Source: Azolla caroliniana (taxonomy: Eukaryota; Plantae; Polypodiophyta). From it: a stretch of 64,000 nt of DNA. Below the pieces are notes generated by a model. That model was not told the DNA's origin. It was given only the letters and a program-made list of their open reading frames with translations, and searched no databases. The stretch is from contig JBHGNT010000007.1 of NCBI GenBank assembly GCA_043228905.1, positions 4,960,001 to 5,024,000 on the forward strand, read 5' to 3'. This document shows, piece by piece, positions 52,336 through 62,433 of this stretch (position 1 is the first letter of the stretch; each line of letters begins with the position of its first letter). The position numbers and the translations under genes are program-made.

Positions 52336-55300
52336 TCATGACACTATCCCCCCTTTAAAACGACGAGTGTAACGAGTCGTTTTGGATTGAGGACCCAGTT
52401 TGTCTGGATATTGACGATGGAAGTCTTCAAGAACAGCACGAGCATTGGTGAAATTCTCTATCGGTTCCCAAGTACGCTCGCTGGGACTATATCCTAGCCA
52501 ATCGACTAGATAGTAGAGCTTGTTGCGAACAAGCTTGGAATCAAGGATGGCGGCAACCTCATACTCAAGTCCATCTTCAAGCTCGATCAGGGGTGGAGGT
52601 TGTGTAATACGTCCGAGGATGGTGCTCTCTTGATAGGGTTCGAGAAGAGAACTATGAAACACCGGATGTATCCGAAGTTGTGGAGGTAGATCAAGACGAA
52701 AAGCAACATCATTAATCTTTCCTATAATACGGAAAGGACCTAATCGCCGATAATCCAACTTCTCGCATGGGCGAGTGGTCTTGATGTGTCGTCGTAGCAG
52801 CCACACCCGATCTCCAATATTAAAACTACCTGGAAGTCGATGACGATCCGCGTAGATTTTGTGTGTTTGTTGAGCTTGTTGGAGATGAGTAGATAAACCC
52901 GCTTGTATCTTGCGTAACCGCTCCAAACGATCCTCTACGCACGGATTTGTGGACACCTCTGGAGTTTCAAGTACACTCCACCGGGGGTGACATCCCGTAT
53001 AAGCATAAAATGGTGTAACTTTAGTGGATGCGTGGATAGAATTGTTATAGGAAAATTCGGTGAAGTGGAGAATATCTGCCCAGTCATCCTGATGATAGGT
53101 GAGAAAGCACCGCGGATACTGCTCCAGCGTTTGATTTGTTCGTTCAACTTGGCCGTCGGTTTGTGGGTGGTAGCCAAAGGAGAGGTTACAAGTGACCTTG
53201 AGCATGTTAAAAAGGTGCTTCTAGAATTTTGACACAAACTGGGGTCCACGGTCACTGATGATACTATCGGGAAGTCCATGAAGCCGACATACTTCACGCA
53301 TGACAATTTCGGCAGTGTCTTCATTGGAGATCTCCTTAGTATAGGGCAAGAAATGAGCCATCTTCGTATATCGATTGACCACCGTTAGAATTGCATTGAA
53401 CCCCTTAGAGACTGGAAGATTTGTGATGAAGTCTAGAGCAATGGATTGCCACGACTTGCTTGGAATTGGTAATAGTTCTAATAAACCATATGGATGATGC
53501 CTTGGCATTTTCGCTCTGCAACATGTATCACAAGTCCGAACAAAATCCTCGAAAAATTGTCACATACAGGGCCACCAGAATGATCGTCGTACTAAATGTA
53601 ATGTTTTAGTACTACCAAAATGCCCAGCTGTATATGTGTCATGACAGTTTTGTACTACTCGAAGGCGGCAAGAACCATTAGGAACATACAAAAGTTCTTT
53701 AAAGAAGAGTAATCCATCATGATATTTGAATTTCCGATAGTCCGTACCTGGTGGTTGCGACTGTGAGCACGACGCTCGAGAGAGATCAATTTGTGCTAGT
53801 ATAGCTTGGGCAAACGCATCTGTCTTCAAGTCTTCACGTATGGTATCGATAACGCGGGAATCCATGGGCATGTCAAATATCTGTGTTGCTTGTAGTCGTG
53901 CAGGTCCCAAGATGACTTGTTTTTGGTTATCGAAAGCTGGCTCACCGGGACGGGTGCTAGATACGAACGTCGTGATAATGCATCTGCCTTCCCTTGGTGC
54001 CTCCCCGGACGATATGTAATTTTGAAGTTGAAACGCGTGAGGAAGTGGGTCCACCGAGCTTGACGTCGATTCAACACACGAGCATCCTGAAAGTAGGCAA
54101 GATTCTTGTGGTCACTAAATACGGTGACCGGATGAGAGGATCCCTCTAGAAAATCCCTCCATTGCATAAAAGAAACCACTATTGCCAATAGCTCCTTATC
54201 ATGAATTTCGTAGATGATTTCGGCGGCGTCAAACTTGTGTGAGTGAAAAGCCACAGGATGTAGCTTCTCATCCTTCCCCTGTTGTGACAGAATGCTCCCC
54301 AATGCAAAATCCGATGCGTCAGCTTCGATAATGAATGGTTTTTCCGAATCGACATGAGCTAGAATTGGAGCCGATGTAAATGCCTTTTTAAGACTCTCGA
54401 AAGCCATGTCCGTTTCTTCAGACCAGATGAGCGGTTGTCCCTTCCTTGTAAGTTGTGTGAGAGGTAGAACGATCTTTGAGTAATCTTGTATGAACTTCCG
54501 GTAAAAATTGGCAAAGCCTAGGAAGCATTGTACATCCCACACCGAACGCGGAGTCTGCCATTCTACCACCGTTTTGACCTTAGCTGGGTCCATGGAGATG
54601 CCTTCTGACGAAATGATGTACCCGAGAAACTCCACTTGGTTGCACCCGAAACTACATTTTTCCAGCTTTGCATACAGACCATGTTCTTGAAGTCGTTTTA
54701 GTACTAATAGTACATGAGAATCATGTTCTTCTTGGGTCTTTGAATAAACCAGTACATCATCCAAATAAATGATCAAACAATCATCCAATAGATCTCGGAA
54801 TATATCATTAGCCATGTGCTGAAAGACTGTCGGCGCATTAGTGAGGCCGAACGTCATGACCGTATACTCGAAATGCCCATATCTGGTGCGAAACGCGGTC
54901 TTCCATTCGTCTCCTGGTCGGATCCGTACGAGGTTATATGCTCCCCGTAAGTTGATCTTCGTGAAGAACCTGGCACCATTGATCCGTTCTAAAAGACTTG
55001 AGATAAGGGGAAGAGCATACCTATTCCTGATTGTAACGTTATTCAGGCCACGATAATCTACAACGAGACGAAGCGATCCATCCTTTTTCTTGACGAAGAA
55101 AATGGGCGCGCCAGCTAGAGATTTCGAATGCCGAATGAAACCATTTTCCAAATTCTCCTCTATATAGGTCCGAAGGACTTCCAGCTCGGTTGCTGACAAA
55201 TTGTAGATCGGTCCCCATGGCGGCTCTTTTCCCGGTTGTAAATCGATGGGGCAATCGTACGGTCGATGATGAGGAAGTGTGTTGGCTTGTACTTTATCGA

Positions 55301-55931
55301 ACACATCGATGTAATGACGATACTTCTCGGGAAGTTGAACGGTGGATTCTTCTTTAGTGGTGCTGGAGGGGTTTACTGATATTGCAAAGAGGAACATTTC
55401 TTCCTTGCGCCCTTCTTTACGCAACTGACATAGCGAAATGGTTGCCATCTTCTGAGTTGACCCTTGGATTTGTCGACACCGGATTTCTCTTGTTCTCCAA
55501 TCTATGTCTGGGTTATGTAACTCGAACCACGGTATTCCTAAAACTATTGGATGTTCTGGGATACTAATAATATTAAATGATACTACACATGCTAAGTTAT
55601 CTAGGACAATATTAATGGGCTTTGACTCTTCTATGATATTTCCGGAAGCACTGGGACGTCCATCAATGACTACTACAGAGGCTGGACACTGGAGTTTTCT
55701 TAGGGATATCTTATGAGCTTGAGCAAATTTCTTATCCATAAAGCAAGAGTTAGCTCCGGAATCTAGGAGTGCTAGGACATGTACTGGAGGGGTACTTTTA
55801 GTACTAACTATTACTTGGGCAACGAACACATCACTAACTTGCTTAGAGGGAATGGAACCACTAATGGGCTGCACAAATCTAGGGCTGTCCAACCAAACGG
55901 CTCCTACTTTGGCTAGACTTAGTCGTTTAAC
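52336..55931 (-). pseudogene. pol: C2 pol (PR-RT-RH-INT-chromodomain)
   Basis: LLDSGA, YLDD, EADASD, SDHKNL, SDRGPQF, GPF and the chromodomain YEVAAIL...YLVDWLGY...TWEP. Frameshift near 53950; stops at 53560 and 53221. Confidence 0.92.
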
Positions 55932-57070
55932 TCTTCTTCTAAGTGACTAAGGACATCAAATCTGTTCGCTAGATCTGGGATATTAGTACTATTAGGACTA
56001 TCAGATATCCCTACTAAAATAGGCTCGAGTTTAGTACAATTAGAACTAGCGACTATTTGGTTTACCTGTCTTCTTGGCCTATGGGGGCAATTTATTGCAA
56101 TATGTCCTGGTCCACCGCAGTAAAGACATAGTCGATTTGTACGGCGTCGCTGCTTTTCTTCTTCGGATAATGGCCCTCGACAACGTGTAGTGTCAATCTC
56201 CATCGGAGTCGGAGTATTCGCTGGAGGCGCATTATATGACTCCCTCGGAAAAGGTCTTGATACCACTGAGGCGTAGCTGGGCTCTGATCTTGTCCTCGGC
56301 ATTTCTAGTTGTCGTTCCGAACGTCGCTCAAAGAGGCGGTTGTCACATCTCACCGCGCGACTGATTGCTTCTGTTAAGGACTTTGGTTCTTCGGGGAAGG
56401 TCAAGAGTAAATCCTTGACGTTGTTGCGTAAACCATAACGGAATTGCTCCATCAACGCTTGATCATCCCAAGGAATATCGGCGGCAAGTAGGCGAAAATC
56501 TGCAGCGTATGCGGAGCCTGGACGGTCACCTTGGCGTAATCGCCGAATTTTGTTGATTGCGGTCCTGATGCTGTTAGTATCTCCGAAACATGCTTTAAAC
56601 TCACCTAGAAACTCTTCAAAATTGTTGAGTAATGGAGATTCCTTTTCTAATAGTGGAGCGAACCATGACAACGCTGAGCCACTTAACAAAGTGCCTACTA
56701 AACCCACTCGTGATGCATCGGTGGGATATCGGGAAGGATGCATTTGAATAACTAATCGTACCTGGTTAAGGAACCCTCTAAACTGCGATCGCGTTCCATC
56801 GAACTTCGTGGGAAGGCCAATCTTGGGTTCTTTATGAATCCCTTGTGTTCCGGGCCCTTGTTGTTGCATCGCTACGATGGTGGCTTCGAGTTGTTGCACG
56901 CGTAACGCAAGTTCCCCATGCTGTTGTTGCGTTTGCTGCTTTTCTAAGGAGATTTGCTGAAGATCCCCCAGCAACCATTGGTTTTCTTGTTCCAAAGCAT
57001 GGAACTTCTCTTTCAAGCATTGAAATTCCGAGAAAACAGATTGATATTCTTCAGCGCTAACAGTGGCCAT
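55919..57070 (-). CDS. gag: C2 Gag (PEG10/Sushi-like capsid plus CCHC), 383 aa, open
   Basis: PTKFDG, LRQG...YAADF, FRYGL, PTPMEID and CLYCGGPGHIAINC. Confidence 0.92.
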   Translation of the reverse strand: MATVSAEEYQSVFSEFQCLKEKFHALEQENQWLLGDLQQISLEKQQTQQQHGELALRVQQLEATIVAMQQQGPGTQGIHKEPKIGLPTKFDGTRSQFRGFLNQVRLVIQMHPSRYPTDASRVGLVGTLLSGSALSWFAPLLEKESPLLNNFEEFLGEFKACFGDTNSIRTAINKIRRLRQGDRPGSAYAADFRLLAADIPWDDQALMEQFRYGLRNNVKDLLLTFPEEPKSLTEAISRAVRCDNRLFERRSERQLEMPRTRSEPSYASVVSRPFPRESYNAPPANTPTPMEIDTTRCRGPLSEEEKQRRRTNRLCLYCGGPGHIAINCPHRPRRQVNQIVASSNCTKLEPILVGISDSPNSTNIPDLANRFDVLSHLEEELND

Positions 57071-57734
57071 GGGATGAAAGAAAAGAGGAATAAGAGATTA
57101 GTAGGAAATGAGAGAGACAGAAGGTAAGGAAAATCGGTTCAAACTGTTAGGAACAATACTAAGACAGAGAAGGAATTAGTACTAAAAGAAGTATTAGTAC
57201 TAAGAGAGGTGAAGAACTCTCGAGAGAAGGAAAGAGTGAGTGAGAGAGAGGGAGACAGAGATCGAGAGAGAGAGAGAGTGATGATAAGAAATGATATATA
57301 TTATGTGAAGAAAATGTATAGTAGCTAGGAGGCTTAAGACTGGTGTTTAACCGATTTGGTTCGAAATAATGCCTTGTGCCTCCTTTTATGGTGTTCTAAG
57401 GAATACTCCTTAAGTTTCTAGAATGTTCCCGAGAAATCTGGAATATACATCAATCCCGAGTAGCATAAGGTCATGGGTTCGAGTCTTGCCATATCATGAC
57501 AGAGGGAATGGAACCACTAATGGGCTGCACAAATCTAGGGCTGTCCAACCAAACGGCTCCTATTTTGGCTGGACTTAGTCGTTTAACTCTTCTTCTAACT
57601 GACTAAGGACATCAAATTTGTTTGCTAGATCTGGGATATTAGTACTATTAGGACTATCAAATACCCTGTTGGGATTTCGGTCCCTCCGGATGGGATGTCC
57701 GGAGGTGAATGACGGCAAGCCCGGTTGCGGTTTA

Positions 57735-57890
57735 CGGAACCGGAGGATGAAGAGTACCCGGCATGAAGCCGGATGAAGAGTACCCGGCCGGAGCCGGATG
57801 ATGAAGACCCCGGCTACGGAGCCGGATGATGAAGACCCCGGCTACGGAGCCGGATGACGAATGTACCCGGAGAGAGATCCGGATGCGGGG
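57735..57890 (+). repeat. CCGG-rich tandem repeats in the U3 of T2 (also 62515-62665; variant array in T1 at 29080-29220)
   Basis: Repeated units CCGGATGATGAAGACCCCGGCTACGGAG and GATGAAGAGTACCCGG. Confidence 0.85.
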
Positions 57891-58359
57891 ACATATTTGT
57901 GAATATGTTTGCCAAGGGCCCTTGAGGCTATATTTGTAAATAGCCCGAAAGTCATATGTGATAAATATGACTTAGGGCAAACAGTTTTTTGGTTGTTACT
58001 TTTTTCTGTTTTTCTACTTAGAGGGAGCTAAGTGAGAGCAGCCGAGAGAGAGAGAGAGAGAGAGACGAAGAGGTCGTTGCCTCTGTGTATCACCGCCGCC
58101 TGTGGCGAAGACAGTGAGCCCAAGGTTGTTGCCTTGTAGCTTCACCATTGTACATCTCTGTTTATAGTGATAGTTGGAGTTTGAGGACTCCCGTGGTTTT
58201 TCCCATTTAGGGTTTTCCACGTAAAACTTCCTGTGTACTCTTCTCTCCATTATCTTCGTGCATTTTGTATTTCCTTTTTCCTGTGAGTTGATCCTATTTC
58301 TCGGTTGTGGCCGAGCACTGTGTTCAACAAGTGGTATCAGAGCGACGGCAACACAGAAA

Positions 58360-61300
58360 ATGGAAGGCGGCGGTAGTGGGCCTCCGGGCATGATGGTGTT
58401 GAACTCACAGAACTACGCCGACTGGAAGATAAAGATGGAAGACCTTCTCATCGTCCGAGACCTGTACGAACCGATCGACAATGCCGAGATACCCAAGGGA
58501 GTAATAGAGTCGGAGTGGAAGCTCCTGAACCGGAAAGCCGTAGCGACGATCCGGCAATATGTCGATGTAAGCGTTCTACAACATGTGGCGAACGACACCA
58601 ACGCATATGAGATGTGGAAGAAGCTGTCGGGCCTCTACGAGAGGAAGAATGCGTTGAACCGGACCTCCCTGATGAGGAAGATAGTGAACCTCAAGTACCG
58701 GGACGACGAGAATATGGTGGAACACGTGAGCACGTTCATGGGATTCGTGAACCAGCTTGCGGCGATCAAGTTCCCGTTGGAGGATGCAATGCAAGCCATC
58801 ATCCTGATGTGTACGTTGCCGGAAAGCTGGGAGAACTTGGTGTTGACTCTCAGCACCTCCTGCACCGAAGATAACTTGTCCTTACAAACGGTAAAGACAA
58901 GCATTTTGAACGAAGAAGCGCGTCGGAGAGATAAAGAACCGGCCTCCGATCCGAAGATGCTGCTTACCGAATCGGATCGGGGAAGACAACGGAACCGGAG
59001 TCCGCAAAGACGGGAGAAGTCGGGGACCCGGTCGCAGTCAAGAGGAAGGCCCACATGCTTCCACTGTGGGAAGCCGGGGCACTTTCGAAAGAACTGTCGG
59101 CATTACCGAAAAGACAACGGAGCCAACGATACCGATTCGAAGAAGTCACCGGAGCGAAACGGTGCATACCGGGGAGCCACGGACCGGAGAGGTCCGGATC
59201 GGCAAGGGCAGGACCGGAAAGGAACGACGACACTCGCGGCAAGTGAAGAAGAGATAATGCTCATTACCGAAGAGAGGGAGCTGAACCTTGCCGGTGAAGA
59301 GATGACCTGGGTGGTCGATTCCGGAGCGTCATTCCACCTGACCCCGGAGAAGAAATACTTCTCATCCTACACAGCCGGTGAGCACGGCTGTGTCCGGATG
59401 GGAAATGAAGGTACATGCCGGATTGCCGGCATAGGAGACGTGTGGCTGATGACATCAACCGGATGCAAGATGCTGCTGAAGGATGTCCGACACGTTCCGG
59501 AGGTTCGATTGAACCTGATTTCGGCCGGGAGGCTAGACGATGAAGGCTACACGGGTAGCATCCGGAACGGTGTCATGAAGTTCAGCAAAGGGAGCCTGAT
59601 AGTGGCTCGGGCCCGGAAGATCAACACACTGTACCTCATGAATTCCCGGCTATGTCCGGAGGAGCTGAACGTGGCAGCCGATACTGCCGGTGAGCTGTGG
59701 CACAAGAGACTGTGTCACATGAGTGAGAAGGGGATGAAGAGGCTTGCAGAAGACAACCTTATTCCAGTGAAGCATGTGCACCTGGAGAAGTGCACCGATT
59801 GCCTGGCCGGTAAGCAGCACCGAACCTCTTTCCACTCAAGGCCACCGACGAGACGTAGCGCACCATTGGAGTTGGTGCACACTGATGTGTGTCAGGTAGA
59901 AACGAAGTCACATGGCGGAGCCCAGTACTTCGTAACATTCATTGATGATCACAGCCGGAAGCTGTGGACGGCACCGTTGAAGACAAAGGACCAAGTGTTG
60001 AGCGTCTTCAAAGACCTCCACGCGAGAGTGGAAAGGGAATCCGGCAAGAAGCTGAAAGCGATACGAGCGGATAACGGAGGGGAATACCGGGGGCAGTTCG
60101 CGGAGTACTGTCGCTCGAAGGGAATCCGGCTCGAGTTTACTGTGCCGAAGACGCCGGAACTGAACGGGCTGGCCGAGAGGATGAACCGGACCATAATGGA
60201 GAGGGTCCGGAGTATGCTGGCGCATGCGAAATTACCCAAGGGGTTTTGGGCTGAGGCGATGTCAACGGCGACATACGTGATAAACAGATCACCCTCAGTA
60301 CCTTTGGACGGAGACACGCCGCAGAGAGTGTGGACCGGGAGGGAAGTATCCTACCGGCATCTGAAGGTGTTCGGGTGTCTCGCATACGTGCATGTGGCAA
60401 AGGACCGGAGAGGAAAGCTAGATCCAAAGACCCGGCCATGCATATTCCTCGGTTACGGCGATGACGAGTTCGGCTACCGAGTATGGGACCCGGTCGATAA
60501 GAAGATATTCCGGAGTCGTGATATCATCTTCATGGAGAACAAGACACTCGCCGACTGGGAGTCGGAGAAGAAGATGAAGAGCTCCAAGTCGACCGGTGAG
60601 GATAAACTCTACGAGGAGCAGTCCCGACCGGCAAGGGACCGGTTAACACTCGAAGATCCGGCCGAAGACGGTGAAGAAACAGAACCGGCCGAAGAAGATG
60701 AAAATGATACCGGAACCGGCCCCGATCCCGAAATGGATTCGGATGAAGAAGAATCGGAAGAACCGGTTACCGAAGCTCCGGAACGGAGATATCCTCTAAG
60801 AGAGAGAAGGGCTCCCCGGAGATTTCCGGAACCAGAGCACGTGCTGCTAACCGACGAGGGGGAGCCGGAGAGCTTTGAAGAAGCGAAGCATGACACCCAT
60901 AGCCGCAGGTGGTTAAGTGCCATGCAGGAGGAGATGGATTCCCTGCATGAGAACCACACATATGAACTTGTGGAGTTGCCGAAAGGAAAACGGGCACTCC
61001 GTAACAAGTGGGTGTTCAAGCTGAAACCGGGAGATGCCGGAAACCCTCCGAGATACAAAGCCAGGATCGTGGTGAAGGGGTTTCAGCAGAAGAAGGGCGT
61101 CGACTTCGACGAGATATTTGCCCCGGTAGTGAAGATGACCTCCATCCGGACGGTGCTGAGCATAGCGGCAAGCATGGACCTCGAGGTAGAACAGATGGAC
61201 GTGAAGACGGCATTCCTTCACGGTGACCTCGAAGAAGAGATCTACATGCAGCAACCGGAAGGATTCGAGAAGAAAGGGAAGGAGCACCTGGTATGCCGGT

Positions 61301-62433
61301 TGAAGAAGAGCCTTTACGGTCTGAAGCAGGCTCCCCGGCAATGGTACCGGAAGTTCGACTCCTTCATGACAAACGAAGGGTACCACAAAACGCAGTCCGA
61401 TCACTGCGTGTTTGTGAAGAAGTTCGAAGGAGGAGACTTTCTAATACTCCTCCTGTACGTGGACGACATGTTGATCGTCGGACGAGACCAGGTCAAGATA
61501 CGGATGCTGAAGAAGGCTCTTCACCGAACCTTCTCAATGAAAGACCTGGGTCCGGCGAGGCAAATACTAGGGATGCACATCATCCGGGACCGGAAGAAGA
61601 AGCAGTTGTGGCTGTCACAGGAGAAGTACGTGACAAAGGTGCTTCACCGGTTCAACATGTCGGAAGCAAGACCGGTCGGGACAACACTCCCGGCAAACTG
61701 CAAACTGTCCAGCAAGCAAAGCCCCAAGACAAAGGCTGAGAAGGAGGACATGATGAAAGTACCATATGCCTCTGCCGTCGGAAGCTTGATGTACGCAATG
61801 GTGTGTACAAGACCGGACATAGGATATGCAGTCGGAGTGGTGAGCCGGTACATGAGCAATCCCGGCAAAGAGCACTGGAACGCGGCCAAGTGGATACTTC
61901 GATACCTGAAGGGCACGGCAAACGTGTGCCTCCGATTCGGCTCCGGTAAGCCCGAACTCGACGGCTTTACCGATTCGGATATGTCGGCTGATGCAGATAC
62001 CAGCCGGTCCACATCAGGGTATGTGATGACGTATGCAGGGGGAGCTGTTTCGTGGCAGTCGAGGCTGCAGAAGACGGTTGCGTTGTCAACCACGGAGGCG
62101 GAGTACATGGCAGCTATTGAAGCCGGCAAGGAAATAATATGGATGAAGGACTTCATTAGAGAGCTCGGTATCCGGCAGGAGGAGTACCGACTCTACTGTG
62201 ACAGTCAGAGTGCCATCCACCTTGCGAAGAACGCGGCCTATCACTCCCGGACGAAGCACATCCAACGAAGATATCACTGGATCCGGGAAAGGATAGAAGA
62301 CAAGGAGTTCGTGCTGACGAAGATCCACACGGACGAGAACGGGTCGGATATGCTTACCAAGGTGCTCACACCCGACAAGCTGGAAGCATGCCGAAAGAGG
62401 ATCGGATTGGAGAGACATCCCATGCCGAAGTGA
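58360..62433 (+). CDS. Copia gag-pol polyprotein, 1357 aa, uninterrupted; close paralogue of 29718-33791
   Basis: Same motifs and same length as the T1 ORF; first ATG after the PBS. Confidence 0.96.
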   Translation: MEGGGSGPPGMMVLNSQNYADWKIKMEDLLIVRDLYEPIDNAEIPKGVIESEWKLLNRKAVATIRQYVDVSVLQHVANDTNAYEMWKKLSGLYERKNALNRTSLMRKIVNLKYRDDENMVEHVSTFMGFVNQLAAIKFPLEDAMQAIILMCTLPESWENLVLTLSTSCTEDNLSLQTVKTSILNEEARRRDKEPASDPKMLLTESDRGRQRNRSPQRREKSGTRSQSRGRPTCFHCGKPGHFRKNCRHYRKDNGANDTDSKKSPERNGAYRGATDRRGPDRQGQDRKGTTTLAASEEEIMLITEERELNLAGEEMTWVVDSGASFHLTPEKKYFSSYTAGEHGCVRMGNEGTCRIAGIGDVWLMTSTGCKMLLKDVRHVPEVRLNLISAGRLDDEGYTGSIRNGVMKFSKGSLIVARARKINTLYLMNSRLCPEELNVAADTAGELWHKRLCHMSEKGMKRLAEDNLIPVKHVHLEKCTDCLAGKQHRTSFHSRPPTRRSAPLELVHTDVCQVETKSHGGAQYFVTFIDDHSRKLWTAPLKTKDQVLSVFKDLHARVERESGKKLKAIRADNGGEYRGQFAEYCRSKGIRLEFTVPKTPELNGLAERMNRTIMERVRSMLAHAKLPKGFWAEAMSTATYVINRSPSVPLDGDTPQRVWTGREVSYRHLKVFGCLAYVHVAKDRRGKLDPKTRPCIFLGYGDDEFGYRVWDPVDKKIFRSRDIIFMENKTLADWESEKKMKSSKSTGEDKLYEEQSRPARDRLTLEDPAEDGEETEPAEEDENDTGTGPDPEMDSDEEESEEPVTEAPERRYPLRERRAPRRFPEPEHVLLTDEGEPESFEEAKHDTHSRRWLSAMQEEMDSLHENHTYELVELPKGKRALRNKWVFKLKPGDAGNPPRYKARIVVKGFQQKKGVDFDEIFAPVVKMTSIRTVLSIAASMDLEVEQMDVKTAFLHGDLEEEIYMQQPEGFEKKGKEHLVCRLKKSLYGLKQAPRQWYRKFDSFMTNEGYHKTQSDHCVFVKKFEGGDFLILLLYVDDMLIVGRDQVKIRMLKKALHRTFSMKDLGPARQILGMHIIRDRKKKQLWLSQEKYVTKVLHRFNMSEARPVGTTLPANCKLSSKQSPKTKAEKEDMMKVPYASAVGSLMYAMVCTRPDIGYAVGVVSRYMSNPGKEHWNAAKWILRYLKGTANVCLRFGSGKPELDGFTDSDMSADADTSRSTSGYVMTYAGGAVSWQSRLQKTVALSTTEAEYMAAIEAGKEIIWMKDFIRELGIRQEEYRLYCDSQSAIHLAKNAAYHSRTKHIQRRYHWIRERIEDKEFVLTKIHTDENGSDMLTKVLTPDKLEACRKRIGLERHPMPK

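Larger units (their letters stand above)
51964..57501 (-). mobile_element. Full-length chromovirus C2 nested in C1
   Basis: LTRs at 51964-52343 and 57145-57501. Perfect TSD GAGGG at 51959-51963 and 57502-57506. PPT directly after 52343. No tRNA-type PBS. Confidence 0.95.

Noticed and set aside
52267-52338. Functional tRNA gene
   Set aside because: Acceptor and T stems pair poorly and there is no clean anticodon loop or oligo-T terminator. Reported only as a tRNA-like module.
49035-57501. Tandem segmental duplication or assembly artefact explaining the two pol copies
   Set aside because: The inner copy has its own two LTRs and a perfect GAGGG TSD, and the copies differ by many substitutions and indels, so it is a true nested insertion.
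57735-57890. Possible CRISPR-like repeat array
   Set aside because: Units are contiguous with no unique spacers, there are no cas genes, and they sit inside a eukaryotic LTR.
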